From the NCBI GenBank assembly GCA_030668875.1, contig DAOVER010000003.1, forward strand, positions 3,395 to 67,394: DNA of 64,000 nt, read 5' to 3'. This stretch comes from Candidatus Heimdallarchaeota archaeon (GTDB taxonomy: Archaea > Asgardarchaeota > Heimdallarchaeia > Heimdallarchaeales > Heimdallarchaeaceae). Below the pieces are notes generated by a model, which worked only from the letters and a program-made list of their open reading frames with translations, was not told where the DNA came from and did no database searches. Within the stretch, counting starts at the first letter, position 1, and each line of letters opens with the position of its first letter. Shown one piece after another: positions 1-10,073 of the stretch. Position numbers and translations under genes: made by a program.

Positions 1-70
1 TACATCTTCTAACTCCTTTATTCCAATAATCAATCTATCTGTTACACACTTATTTATTTAAGGTATTTTG

Positions 71-610
71 TTAATAATACAAGCATATGCGAGGGATATC
101 TTCATCGTCTCCACCAGGTGGATCAAATACACATCTATCATATGCTGTTATTCCCCATGCGCTTATGGATCCTCTGATAGATGTTTTATACCATCCCGAT
201 CCTGTCGCATGATTGAAGTAAACTAACATTGCTTCTGTTTCTTCTTTGGTAATTTTCATTTTTAGCTTGTATACATATGCTAGACCTGAAGGGAGTGTTA
301 GTTCTACTTCAAGATCGAGAATCAAAGTTGCTGTATCGGGGAAATCATCATTATCAAAATACAATTCTACTTCAAATTCAACAACAATGTCATTTTCTAA
401 TCCTGAATTATCGAAGTCCATGTAGTATGCTTTTACGATATGTATATCCAATTCTGCATCAACATCACCTGCCAAAACTCCAACCGAGCTTATTGTTAAA
501 GCAAATAAGAAGACTGTACCAAATAAGTATTTTATTTTCTTATTGTTGTTCATTGTAGAACAATAGCTAACTTGTTTATTAAAAGTTGGGAAAAAAGACA
601 AATTCTTCAC
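71..610 (-). CDS. Secreted hypothetical protein. The likely true start is the internal Met near 553 that begins the signal-peptide-like segment MNNNKKIKYLFGTVFLFALTISSVGVLAG.
   Basis: ORF track; hydrophobic signal-like segment followed by an acidic beta-rich region; no recognisable catalytic motif. Confidence 0.35.
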   Translation of the reverse strand: MKNLSFFPTFNKQVSYCSTMNNNKKIKYLFGTVFLFALTISSVGVLAGDVDAELDIHIVKAYYMDFDNSGLENDIVVEFEVELYFDNDDFPDTATLILDLEVELTLPSGLAYVYKLKMKITKEETEAMLVYFNHATGSGWYKTSIRGSISAWGITAYDRCVFDPPGGDDEDIPRICLYY

Positions 611-907
611 GTTTTTATTGCCATTAATTTCAATTTATGCATTATCAACTAACGCAATAAATATTTTTCTTTTTCGTTATTTTGTAGTATTATGCTATTA
701 GATACCTTTTTGTTGAATATTGACCTTGATTCACCTTCTTCCACGAGTTTTCTGTATTTACTATTCTATGTACTGCAAAGTAATACTGTTGTATTACATG
801 TCACTGTAATTTTTCAAAAACAAACATTCTTTTCAAGTGAAATCATAAATTTTGTTCAAACGTTGGGTTTGATATCTTAAAGGTAAAAAATCAGTTAGGA
901 GATTATT

Positions 908-1801
908 TTGGTGCGACTGATGTTTAATGTTGCCAGTTTTTTAATCACATTGAGAGAAACAATTGAAGCTGTCTTGATTATCGGCATAGTATTGACTTAT
1001 GTCATTAAAGTCAAGCAAGATGGACTTAAACGAGACATTTGGATAGGAACCGCTTTAGGAATAGTTCTTTCAATTGGATTTGGTATTCTATTCATTTTTG
1101 TATTAGGTAGTTTTGAAGAACATGAAAATATCATTGAAGGCTTTTCAATGATTCTAGCTACAATTTTAATGACCTTAATGATTATTTGGATGAGCGAAAC
1201 TGGAAGAGATTACCAAAAGAATCTTGAATCAAAAATAGATGTAACTATTAAAAATGAACAGCTTTTTGGATTAATTGCTTTAGCTTTTATTACAGTTCTT
1301 CGAGAAGGTATAGAAACAGTAATTTTCCTTACTGGTGTTGAGGCAGTAAATGAAGTTCCAATAGACATTCTATGGTCAGGATTAACTGGGATTTTGGTAG
1401 CTTTAATTATTGCATTGATTCTTTTCTTTGGTAGCAAAAAAATTAACTTGAAATTTTTATTTAGTGTGACTAGTGTTTTTTTAATACTCTTTGCAGCTGG
1501 AATGCTTTCTCATGGCTTCCATGAACTCCAGGAACTTGGATGGTTTGGAAATGAAACCCAGTTCTTGCAAACAATTGCATGGGATACGAGTTCATTTTTA
1601 GCTGACAAAACAACAGAATTGGGGAAGTTTCTTAGAACACTCTTTGGGTATCAAGATAAACCAATATGGTTAGAAATCATCTCATATTTTGGCTACTTTC
1701 AATCATTAGTTGGTCTTTTCTTCCTAGTGAAAATATTGAAAAAAAACCAGACAAAACATAAGGTAGAAACAACAGCTTTACTAGAAACTGAGGTTAGTTA
1801 G
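908..1801 (+). CDS. FTR1/EfeU-family high-affinity iron permease
   Basis: Polytopic membrane protein with two RExxE motifs (LRETIEAV near the N-terminus and LREGIETVIFL mid-protein), as in FTR1 iron permeases; GTG start. Confidence 0.6.
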   Translation: MVRLMFNVASFLITLRETIEAVLIIGIVLTYVIKVKQDGLKRDIWIGTALGIVLSIGFGILFIFVLGSFEEHENIIEGFSMILATILMTLMIIWMSETGRDYQKNLESKIDVTIKNEQLFGLIALAFITVLREGIETVIFLTGVEAVNEVPIDILWSGLTGILVALIIALILFFGSKKINLKFLFSVTSVFLILFAAGMLSHGFHELQELGWFGNETQFLQTIAWDTSSFLADKTTELGKFLRTLFGYQDKPIWLEIISYFGYFQSLVGLFFLVKILKKNQTKHKVETTALLETEVS

Positions 1802-2121
1802 TAATTCCTACGATAAATGCTAGCATATTTTGTTTTATATGTCCCTTCCTCCAATCTATCTGATTCTTTAGGCCATTGATAGACTTCTAGTGGAGTTTCA
1901 CATTTTCCACAAACTATCTCTGTTTGTTCAGGAAGGCCACTGTCATTGTACAAAAATTTAATCTTTATTGAATGATCACAGATATAATCAGTCTTACAAT
2001 AAGGACAATGATAATAATCATAGTTGTTCGAAACCGTAGGTTTGAGTATTCCTACTGGACAGTAATAGGCATTCACAGCTTTTTTACAATCACATTTTAA
2101 ATGATGTGCTATTTCTGTCAT
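1798..2121 (-). CDS. Small Cys-rich putative zinc-binding protein, paralog of 18122..18382
   Basis: HLKCDCKK...CP...HCPYCKTDY.C...CGKC pattern with 8 Cys and 1 His conserved in the same spacing in the 18122..18382 ORF. Confidence 0.5.
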   Translation of the reverse strand: MTEIAHHLKCDCKKAVNAYYCPVGILKPTVSNNYDYYHCPYCKTDYICDHSIKIKFLYNDSGLPEQTEIVCGKCETPLEVYQWPKESDRLEEGTYKTKYASIYRRNY

Positions 2122-2244
2122 CGAAAAGTCTAGAATGTTCCCATATTTATATTTAACTTAAAAATGAACAATAATTTTAGAAACTAATGGAATTCTAGAC
2201 AAATTATTGACCTTTTTAGTATTTATTTACATCAAAATCGCATT

Positions 2245-2820
2245 TTATAAATAAAACGCATTTATCTCCTCAAGAAGCCCATATGTTTTGGCAACCGCTT
2301 CATGAACCTGTTCCTCGCTTTTCCCACCAGTACAAACTAAATTTCCAGATTGAAATAGAAGTAGAACATTCTTAGGTTTTTGTAAACGATAGATAAGTCC
2401 AGGGAACTGTTCTGGCTCATACATACTATGGTCTAGCCAAAGTGCGATCAGCTCAAGATTTAATCGTTTATGGTTGAAATTACCTGAAGCAACAATATTT
2501 TGGATAATGATTTCTGGTTCCTCTGTAATTACTACGCCCTTTCTTCTCAATATATCCGATATTTTTTTTACACCAATTTTTACATTTTCAGTAGATTTTG
2601 CTCCTGTCAGTACTAGTTTTCCTGAACTGAAAACTAGACTCGAAACTTTGGGTTTCTTAATCTTTAATATCACTCCTGGAAATTTATCTGGATAATAGCT
2701 TATGTCAACTGACTCATCATCTATTAGATTCTGATACGTTTCGACTAATTCAATAGATGTAAACAAGTCTATTGAAGCAACGATGTTTTGAATTGTTATA
2801 TTGAATTCGGGTTTTTTCAT
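2245..2820 (-). CDS. tbp: TATA-box binding protein (TBP). The track ORF runs to 2928, but the conserved TBP core starts at the MKKPEF Met.
   Basis: Two TBP repeats: IQNIVASIDL...LVFSSGKLVLTGAKS and IQNIVASGNF...LLFQSGNLVCTGGKSEE; close match to archaeal TBPs by motif recall. Confidence 0.9.
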   Translation of the reverse strand: MKKPEFNITIQNIVASIDLFTSIELVETYQNLIDDESVDISYYPDKFPGVILKIKKPKVSSLVFSSGKLVLTGAKSTENVKIGVKKISDILRRKGVVITEEPEIIIQNIVASGNFNHKRLNLELIALWLDHSMYEPEQFPGLIYRLQKPKNVLLLFQSGNLVCTGGKSEEQVHEAVAKTYGLLEEINAFYL

Positions 2821-3047
2821 TTTAAATTGTTTTCCTTGTCCCTTTATACTCATAAAGCAATTTTCACCTTGTGCATGTAAGTATTTTGATGTGTAATAAG
2901 AAATCTCACTTATCAATTGAAGCCACAAGATATCTTCAAATGAGGGCTTTTCTTGCTGTAGAAAAAAGTTTACAATAAGATAATTCAGTATCCATATTAA
3001 TAATGGATTCTGAGAAAAAACAATCTATGATGAATCCTTCTTCTCAA

Positions 3048-3734
3048 TTAGCTAATAATTTTCTCTGCCATTTCTTTATATTTTCCAGAATTAAGGGCAA
3101 AGTACAAAATTCGAAATACATAGAGGATTCTATCTGATTCTGTAAAGGTTACATCTCTAAATATCTCTTGAACCTCTTCTTCCCTTTCTTCAAATACTCG
3201 GAAGATTTCAGTTTCAGAATCAGCGTCGATTTTAGTCATGATTTCTGCTAATTTTTCTGGTTTTGGAGGTTTTATTCCTTTAGAAAGTGATAATAATTCA
3301 GATGCTTTTGACAAATGTTTCATGCAGATTTTACATCTCCAATTGTCATCTTCCAGATTTTTTAGATAAAAGATTTTAGCTGTTCTTGCATACAGGATTT
3401 CTGTTGCTGTTTTTCCTATTACTACCCTACGGCTTGCAGGTGCTACTAAACCCACTTTGGTTAACTCTTTAATATACCTGTATATTGATTTGTCGGATCG
3501 TTCGAGCTTAAGATTCTCAATTTGCTCCTTACTTAAACCTCGTTCTTTAGCTTTTTTCAATACAATTTTATTGTAGCTGTCTTCAATTTCCTTAACTGTC
3601 TTCTGTCCATCCCTTAGAACCCAGAAGATGGGTGCATAGCTCTCATCATAAAAGATTTTCACTAATTTGGGATCGCGTACAACTCTTACTTCCTCTTGTA
3701 CGAAGTCTTTATCTGGTATATCTGTGTAACCCAT
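3048..3734 (-). CDS. Winged-helix transcriptional regulator, tandem paralog A
   Basis: Shares SIYRYIKELTKVGLV, GKTATE and DDNWRCKIC regions with the downstream 3870..4559 ORF; HTH-like segment. Confidence 0.45.
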   Translation of the reverse strand: MGYTDIPDKDFVQEEVRVVRDPKLVKIFYDESYAPIFWVLRDGQKTVKEIEDSYNKIVLKKAKERGLSKEQIENLKLERSDKSIYRYIKELTKVGLVAPASRRVVIGKTATEILYARTAKIFYLKNLEDDNWRCKICMKHLSKASELLSLSKGIKPPKPEKLAEIMTKIDADSETEIFRVFEEREEEVQEIFRDVTFTESDRILYVFRILYFALNSGKYKEMAEKIIS

Positions 3735-3869
3735 GTTATATTTCTCCTGTTCTTTTTGAATCTGTTATATTGTTGATTGAAATAAAGAAATAATTATATA
3801 AGATTAAAACTGGTGTAGAATAAGTGGAATAAGAAAATAAAACACTTCTTTGTAAATACTTTTCCTTTA

Positions 3870-4559
3870 TCATTTTTTAAGACACTTCATGAGACTTTCT
3901 TCTTTTGCTTCAGAATAGAGTGATGACACTATGCTGAGAACATATAATAGTTTCTTGCTCTCTTCAAAACCCCCTTCTGTGAGGATTTTTGAAACCTCTT
4001 CATATCTCTCATTCAGTGCATTGAAAACGTAATTATTTCCAGAATTCATTATATCAACAACTCGTTTGCTGAAGCAATTAAGATCAATTTCTTGAACATC
4101 CTCAACAATTTGTAGTATTCTAGCAGCTCTTTGAATGATAGTTTGCCCCTCACTTTCTCTCCACCACTTATCTTCTCCGCTCTTTGGTAATATGACTTTA
4201 GCCACACGACAATAAAGATTTTCTGTGACTGTCTTGCCTTCAACAAATCTTTGTCCACAATTAGCAACTATTCCCAAATCTGATAACTCCTTGATATAGC
4301 GATAAATGGTTTTTTCAGAACGTTTTAATTTTTTTTCAAACTCATCTTTCGGTATATCCAGCTTGATAGCTTTATTTCTAACAATATCATTATACTTATC
4401 TGTTATTTGTCTAACAGGCATTGGTCCTTCTCTGAGGGCCGATATTACTGGAATATATGCTGTGTCAGAAAATTTCTTAATCAGTTCTTTATCTTCTACT
4501 ACCCAAACTTCCTTTTGTTTAAAATTCTCGTCCATTATCTCCATTTTCTTTTTACCCAC
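3870..4559 (-). CDS. Winged-helix transcriptional regulator, tandem paralog B
   Basis: TIYRYIKELSDLGIV, GKTVTE and EDKWW regions; same domain order as 3048..3734. Confidence 0.45.
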   Translation of the reverse strand: MGKKKMEIMDENFKQKEVWVVEDKELIKKFSDTAYIPVISALREGPMPVRQITDKYNDIVRNKAIKLDIPKDEFEKKLKRSEKTIYRYIKELSDLGIVANCGQRFVEGKTVTENLYCRVAKVILPKSGEDKWWRESEGQTIIQRAARILQIVEDVQEIDLNCFSKRVVDIMNSGNNYVFNALNERYEEVSKILTEGGFEESKKLLYVLSIVSSLYSEAKEESLMKCLKK

Positions 4560-4620
4560 TATTCCCTTACTAAAATTACCTAACGAGACTTAATAAACGT
4601 TTCTGTTTGCATAAGAACGT

Positions 4621-4680
4621 GCTCTCTTTGTGAGAACTATATTCTCACGATGAGAGAAACGCTTATATATTTGTGAGAGT
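4621..4680. promoter_or_regulatory. Candidate operator: inverted repeat GTGAGAA-N5-TTCTCAC (4630-4648) plus two more TGTGAGAG-like half sites (4651-4657, 4671-4679). It sits between the divergent regulator gene and the 4680 ORF.
   Basis: Read directly from the sequence. Confidence 0.3.
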
Positions 4681-5000
4681 TGATGTATTTAGACACGAAA
4701 AAACAGTGTCTCTATCAATCAATAAAACAAAGAGGTAAAATCAAAATGGCAGTAAAATATGAACAAAAAAATGAACTGTTAAAAAATTTCAATGCTCTGA
4801 AGGCATTGTACGATCTCGAATTTGTTGAAGAAGAGAACTTAAGCAACATCTTAAACCAGCTAGCTGAGAACATGTATAGTAACGATCTCCGCAAAGCGTA
4901 TCCTGATATGAAACATTATCAGAACTATCGCCTCCGACAATCAGTAGAAAACGATAGGAATCGTTCTCTCTCGAAACTCGTGCTACACAGAGGTTCTTAA
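4680..5000 (+). CDS. Hypothetical protein
   Basis: ORF track only; charged and helical composition. Confidence 0.3.
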   Translation: MMYLDTKKQCLYQSIKQRGKIKMAVKYEQKNELLKNFNALKALYDLEFVEEENLSNILNQLAENMYSNDLRKAYPDMKHYQNYRLRQSVENDRNRSLSKLVLHRGS

Positions 5001-5116
5001 CTTAACTAATTCTTTTTCATATAATGAAATCAGTAGGACGACTATCACAACTTGTGCTAACAAGTAGTGAGTTATCATTAATAAATATCAAGTGAGAAAA
5101 ATAATGAGGTGGTTTC

Positions 5117-5380
5117 ATGATTAATAAAACCGAAAAAAAAGAAGAGTTAATAAGATTATTCCAAAATCTCAAGGAAATCAAACATTACGCCTTTGAGGAT
5201 GAAGACCTAATCTTGTCCCTCTTGGATAAATTATCTGCATCCTTGTTTGGATCAAAGTATGATTATTGTTCAACACCTGAATACAAAGAACACTGTAAAA
5301 ACATCATCAAAGAAGATCTAAAGAGAGAGAAAGAAAAAAATCTTGTTACAAAAGCATTGATGACTGGAACATTATTCTAA
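5117..5380 (+). CDS. Hypothetical protein
   Basis: ORF track only. Confidence 0.3.
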   Translation: MINKTEKKEELIRLFQNLKEIKHYAFEDEDLILSLLDKLSASLFGSKYDYCSTPEYKEHCKNIIKEDLKREKEKNLVTKALMTGTLF

Positions 5381-5546
5381 ATCAGTCAACTTTCTCTCTC
5401 CCACTCTTTCTTTTTTATTTTTCAAAAAATAATGGATTAATGTTTGTTATCAACTAGCTATTTTTTGTGCCTGTCTTTACTTTTTTCCCTTTTCCCCTTA
5501 AGTAATCTTTAAAATCATTCCTATCTAATGTAGACAATATACTTCA

Positions 5547-6335
5547 ATGGTGAATACCGTGGGAAAGAAAAAATCTACTGAGCAACTTGACAGAGATATA
5601 CAAAACCTGGTGAAGAAGATTTCAGTTATTGAAAAATTCGTTAATGTGGAAAAGAATCAGCAAGATACTCGGGTTGGAAAACTTGAAAAATCCTCTGAGT
5701 CGATAGATAATTACCTCAAGGCTCTTCGTATCGAAGTACAGGCTTTAAATCAGAATTTTGAAAAGGATATAATTGAACATGATGAAAAACTTGCTAAAAT
5801 CCTCGAAGATTTTAGTTCATTCCAAAACACCTTAGATTCTGAGATAGAAAAAGTTGTAGAAAAAGATAAAGTTATGGAAGAACTTCGATCAACAGTTAAA
5901 GAAAAGACTGCTTTGCTTGAAGAAAGAGAAAAAAACCTTGCAAATATGGAAGAAAAGTATTCTAAGGCTTTGGAGAAAATCGCTAAACTTGAGTCTAATT
6001 TAGCTAATATTGAAATAAAATATGAACAAACAAAAACCCTTCAAGAAGAAATAAAGAAAAACTTAGAATCCATTGAAGGAGAATATAGTGATTTCAAATT
6101 GAAAGAAGAACCTATCCGTGCACAAAATGAGAGTATTCGACGTCTTTTAAATGCTCATGATCAAGGAAAGATCTATCTAGCTCTTGTTTCTGCTTCATCA
6201 AATAGTTTATCTCTCGATGAATTAGCTGATGTGACAGGTTCCACCGCTGTTATGCTTAAACCTTCCTTGCTTGCAATGGAAGATTTAGAAGTAATAGAAT
6301 TCAATCCTAGTACGCGAGAAGTTAAATTAATATAA
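5547..6335 (+). CDS. Coiled-coil protein with C-terminal winged-helix-like domain
   Basis: About 200 aa of heptad-like E/K/L-rich sequence, then LALVSASSNSLSLDELADVTGSTAVMLKPSLLAMEDLEVIE. Confidence 0.4.
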   Translation: MVNTVGKKKSTEQLDRDIQNLVKKISVIEKFVNVEKNQQDTRVGKLEKSSESIDNYLKALRIEVQALNQNFEKDIIEHDEKLAKILEDFSSFQNTLDSEIEKVVEKDKVMEELRSTVKEKTALLEEREKNLANMEEKYSKALEKIAKLESNLANIEIKYEQTKTLQEEIKKNLESIEGEYSDFKLKEEPIRAQNESIRRLLNAHDQGKIYLALVSASSNSLSLDELADVTGSTAVMLKPSLLAMEDLEVIEFNPSTREVKLI

Positions 6336-6403
6336 ACTTCATTTATCTACTTTTTTCTATGTCGTTAAAAGTTAATATTTTATATTAAGTTTAGAGATTC
6401 TAA

Positions 6404-7216
6404 ATGGTTACCATGGATAAATACTTTGAAACCAATCTGAAACATTGGAACGAGCTTGTATCTGTTCATACTGATAAGAACTGTTACAACCTTGATGATT
6501 TTATGAAAAACCCTAACTCTCTTCATTCTGTTGAATTGGAAGCTTTGGGAAATGTACAAGACAAAACTCTTCTGCATCTTCAATGTCATTTCGGAATGGA
6601 TTCTTTGTCTTGGGCAAAACTAGGTGCCAAAGTTACTGCAATGGATTTTTCTGATAAAGGAATAGAGTTTGCAAAAACTTTGAGCAAAAAATTAAATATT
6701 CCAACTTATTTTATTTGTTCTAATATTTATGACTTACCTGATGTTTTAGATGAAAAATTCGATATAGTTTTCACTTCTTATGGTGCTTTATATTGGTTAC
6801 ATGATATTCCTAGATGGGCAAAAATTGTTTCCAACTATGTCAAAAAGGGTGGTACCTTCTTCATTGCAGAATTTCATCCCGTGTTCGGTGTTTTTGATGA
6901 TAACAACAAGACAGATCTAGTTGTAAAGTATCCATATTTCGATATTGGTGAACCAATGTATTTTGATGAATGTGGTAGCTATGCTGATCCTAATGCTAAA
7001 CTTAAAAATAATGAAACATATGGCTGGTCTCATAGTTTAAGCACTATAATTAACTCATTGATTAGTGCAGGATTAACAATACAAAGTTTTAATGAATTTC
7101 CTTTTTCCGTTGATTTTCTTCTACCATTTATGGTCAAAGGAAGTGATGGATATTATCGTTTAAGAGATACTGACCAAGAATTACCTTTAATGTTTTCAAT
7201 TAAAGCAACAAAATAA
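6404..7216 (+). CDS. Class I SAM-dependent methyltransferase (small-molecule type)
   Basis: LHLQCHFGMDSL...VTAMDFSD (motif I-like) and DIVFTSYGALYWL; no DNA methyltransferase DPPY/NPPY motif. Confidence 0.55.
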   Translation: MVTMDKYFETNLKHWNELVSVHTDKNCYNLDDFMKNPNSLHSVELEALGNVQDKTLLHLQCHFGMDSLSWAKLGAKVTAMDFSDKGIEFAKTLSKKLNIPTYFICSNIYDLPDVLDEKFDIVFTSYGALYWLHDIPRWAKIVSNYVKKGGTFFIAEFHPVFGVFDDNNKTDLVVKYPYFDIGEPMYFDECGSYADPNAKLKNNETYGWSHSLSTIINSLISAGLTIQSFNEFPFSVDFLLPFMVKGSDGYYRLRDTDQELPLMFSIKATK

Positions 7217-7381
7217 AATGGGATAGATACGGACTACGGACTTGTTCTGACCAAAACTCAAAAAAACATCCGACATAAAGGTTAAAAACCCTATCTAACT
7301 CTTAGTATTACAATCACTTTTTAAGTGATTTATAAATAATGTAAGTGAAAACAACAGAGTCACATAAAAACTGTTTACAAG

Positions 7382-7612
7382 GTGTATCAATTGAAATTAG
7401 ATGACAATATATTCTATTTATTGGATGCTGGAGAAAATAAATGGATTTTCACCAATCGCACTGAAGCTATCACTCAGATGAAAGGTGTTGTGAAAGATGG
7501 TAATATTGATGCTATCAAGCTGCTGAGTATTAATGCTGAAGATGATAATTGGGTCATCCAACAATATCCGTGGAAAGAAATAGCTTTCGAATTAATTAAA
7601 GAACAGGGGTGA
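7382..7612 (+). CDS. Hypothetical small protein
   Basis: ORF track; ends 7 nt before the ParB-like gene. Confidence 0.3.
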   Translation: MYQLKLDDNIFYLLDAGENKWIFTNRTEAITQMKGVVKDGNIDAIKLLSINAEDDNWVIQQYPWKEIAFELIKEQG

Positions 7613-7618
7613 GTTTGA

Positions 7619-8713
7619 ATGGAAATAGTTCAAATCCCAATAAACAAAATAAGTCCAAGTCCCTTCCAACCAAGAGAAACGTTTGATAAAGAAGCGATAG
7701 AAGAATTAGCAGCTTCAATTAAAGAATTTGATCTTCTTAATCCTATACTAGTTAGACCAACTGGTGACGAAAGCTACCAAATCGTAGCTGGTGAAAGAAG
7801 ATGGAGAGCTGCTCAATTTGCAGATCTAGACACAATCTACGCTATTGTAAGAGATATAGATGAAAGTAGACAGCGTGTTGAATCTTTAATAGAAAATATT
7901 CATAGAAAAGATCTTTACATGATTGAAAAAGGACGAGGAGTTTTAGAAATATTTAGAGCAGAAGGTATTATACAAAGTCCAAAAAGTTTAGCTAATATTA
8001 TTAATAGTATTGAAAGGAAGAAATCAAAAAATCTTTCACTTATCCCAACAGAGGATAGAATTAATGAGATCTGCCAGAAAATTCACATTAAATCTAATAC
8101 AATTAGGCTTTGGTTAGAATCTGCTTCAGTTAGTGAGGATATCATCAGTGAAGAATTCTCAAAACCTGAAGAAGAGAGAATTCCTGAAAGAATTTTATCA
8201 AGATTATCTACAATAGCTGATCCTGATTTGCAAAAGAAAACTTATGCAAAAATAGTCAATCAAGACATGGGTAAAGATGAAGCTAGTAAATTTGTTTCTC
8301 AAATTAAAAAAGTACCCAAGGCTGAACGAGAAGCTATCTTAACTACTGGAATTCCAATAGAAGTAATAGGAGATGCAAAAGAAGGCTACAGTATTGAAAT
8401 TCCTAAAGAGGAAATTGAATCTGTGAAGAAGGCAGTTGGAGTTGGCAAGAAGAAAGCAGCTGCAATACTAACCAAACCCATAATCGAAGAAAGAGGAAAA
8501 CATCGAAGGAATCAACAAGCCCATAGTAAACTTCTTGATTTACTTAACGATCTTTTCTGTCCTTGGTGTGGTAAACCCGCTTCTACTCATCTTCGTTGGA
8601 CCTGTCATTCCGATGAAACTTTAGCTGAGGCCAAAGAACAAGCAAAAGAAAACTATTCTGATGCAAATAAACGAGAAGAAGTTGATTCTCGATTTATGAA
8701 GAAGAAGAAATGA
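7619..8713 (+). CDS. ParB/Srx-like nuclease-domain protein with C-terminal zinc ribbon
   Basis: ILVRPTGDESYQIVAGERRWRAA (ParB N-terminal GERRxRAA motif); C-terminal CPWCGK...C..H. Confidence 0.55.
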   Translation: MEIVQIPINKISPSPFQPRETFDKEAIEELAASIKEFDLLNPILVRPTGDESYQIVAGERRWRAAQFADLDTIYAIVRDIDESRQRVESLIENIHRKDLYMIEKGRGVLEIFRAEGIIQSPKSLANIINSIERKKSKNLSLIPTEDRINEICQKIHIKSNTIRLWLESASVSEDIISEEFSKPEEERIPERILSRLSTIADPDLQKKTYAKIVNQDMGKDEASKFVSQIKKVPKAEREAILTTGIPIEVIGDAKEGYSIEIPKEEIESVKKAVGVGKKKAAAILTKPIIEERGKHRRNQQAHSKLLDLLNDLFCPWCGKPASTHLRWTCHSDETLAEAKEQAKENYSDANKREEVDSRFMKKKK

Positions 8714-8801
8714 TTTATTCCTATTCTTTCTTTTTATTTCATTTAATTGTTGATGTTGATAGCTAATCTCTTAAATACATTTTAGAAGATTTAGCTTTGA
8801 T

Positions 8802-10010
8802 ATGGTTGCAATCAAAGTAGTTTACGGTGCTACATGGTGTCCTGGGTGTTCACGATTAATGTCTTATCTAGATGAACACAAGGTTGAATATAAGTGGATA
8901 AACATAGACGATGACCCAGAAGCTCTAGGAATTGTTGAAAAAATTAACGATGGTAAAAAACGTGTTCCCACGGTTGAGTTTACAGATGGAGCTTTTATGG
9001 TACATCCAACCCAGGAGGAAATTGCTAAAAAGATTGGTTTGATCAAAGATATGGGATTAGATTTTCATGATTTGATCATTATTGGAGGAGGATTAGCTGG
9101 TTTAAATTGCGCCCTGTATGCTGCAAGAGAAGGTCATGACATCGTCGTCATAGAAAAAAGTGGAATAGGAAGTCCTAATGCTTATATTGAGATTCTAGAT
9201 GATTATCCGGGATTTATTGACGCAATAGACGGAGTAGAGCTAACGAAAAGATTTTCCAAACAAGCAAAAGCAATTGGTGTTGAATTCCTTACATCTACTG
9301 AAGTAGTTGATATCCTCTTCAGAGGTTCTCATCTCATGGTTAGAACCACAGCTGGAAGAACTATTGGTGGAAAAGCAGTTTTGTCTGCAACTGGTAGAAA
9401 ATATAGAATGCTTCACATTCCTGGTGAAAAAGAATTACTTGGATATAGTGTTCATTATTGTGCAACTTGTGATGGAGTGTTCTATAAAGGCAAAGAAATA
9501 GTGATTATTGGTGGTGGAGTAAAGGCTCACGAAGATGCTATCTTTCTTTCTCGTTTTGCAAGTAAAGTTACGATTGTAGGTAGATCAGATATCTGGAAAG
9601 CCCCCTATGAATTGAGACGTTTAGTCTCCGAAAAAGAGAATATTGAGCTGATAAAAAACCATGAAGCTATAGAATTCATATTTAAGGATAAACACGTTCT
9701 TAATGGTATTAAATTCTATGATAAAAAATCGGATAAGGAAGTAATATTCAAGGCTGATGGAGCTTTTGTTTCAATAGGTTATACACCAGATGTCGGTTTT
9801 GCAGTTGGATTGTTTAACTATAATGAGGATGGTTTCATTGAAACCAATACGAATTTAATGACAAAAACTCCTGGTTTGTTCGCTGCTGGAGACTGTAGAA
9901 CATGCTGTACTCATCAACCAATTTTAGCTGCAGGTGATGGAATTGCATCTGCTGTTATAATACACGAATATCTATTAGAGAAGAAGAAGGAAAAAGGATT
10001 GAAGTCTTAA
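8802..10010 (+). CDS. Glutaredoxin-like domain fused to a thioredoxin-reductase-like flavoprotein
   Basis: N-terminal VYGATWCPGCSRL (CPGC thioredoxin fold); then IIIGGGLAGLNCALYAA (FAD), HYCATCDG redox CxxC, GGGVKAHEDA (NAD(P)) and LFAAGDC. Confidence 0.7.
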   Translation: MVAIKVVYGATWCPGCSRLMSYLDEHKVEYKWINIDDDPEALGIVEKINDGKKRVPTVEFTDGAFMVHPTQEEIAKKIGLIKDMGLDFHDLIIIGGGLAGLNCALYAAREGHDIVVIEKSGIGSPNAYIEILDDYPGFIDAIDGVELTKRFSKQAKAIGVEFLTSTEVVDILFRGSHLMVRTTAGRTIGGKAVLSATGRKYRMLHIPGEKELLGYSVHYCATCDGVFYKGKEIVIIGGGVKAHEDAIFLSRFASKVTIVGRSDIWKAPYELRRLVSEKENIELIKNHEAIEFIFKDKHVLNGIKFYDKKSDKEVIFKADGAFVSIGYTPDVGFAVGLFNYNEDGFIETNTNLMTKTPGLFAAGDCRTCCTHQPILAAGDGIASAVIIHEYLLEKKKEKGLKS

Positions 10011-10073
10011 CAACATATAGAAGGTTATTTTCCTTCAGAGAATGTTCATATATTATTAAGAATTGAGTATAGT

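Noticed and set aside
277-558. 93-aa plus-strand ORF
   Set aside because: Antisense overlap with the longer signal-peptide protein ORF 71..610; no features.
2474-2695. 73-aa plus-strand ORF
   Set aside because: Embedded antisense within the TBP gene.
6404-8713. Methyltransferase plus ParB-like nuclease as a restriction-modification or defence pair
   Set aside because: The methyltransferase lacks DNA methyltransferase motifs (no DPPY/NPPY, no FxGxG-type target recognition domain) and resembles small-molecule methyltransferases; the linkage is probably coincidental.
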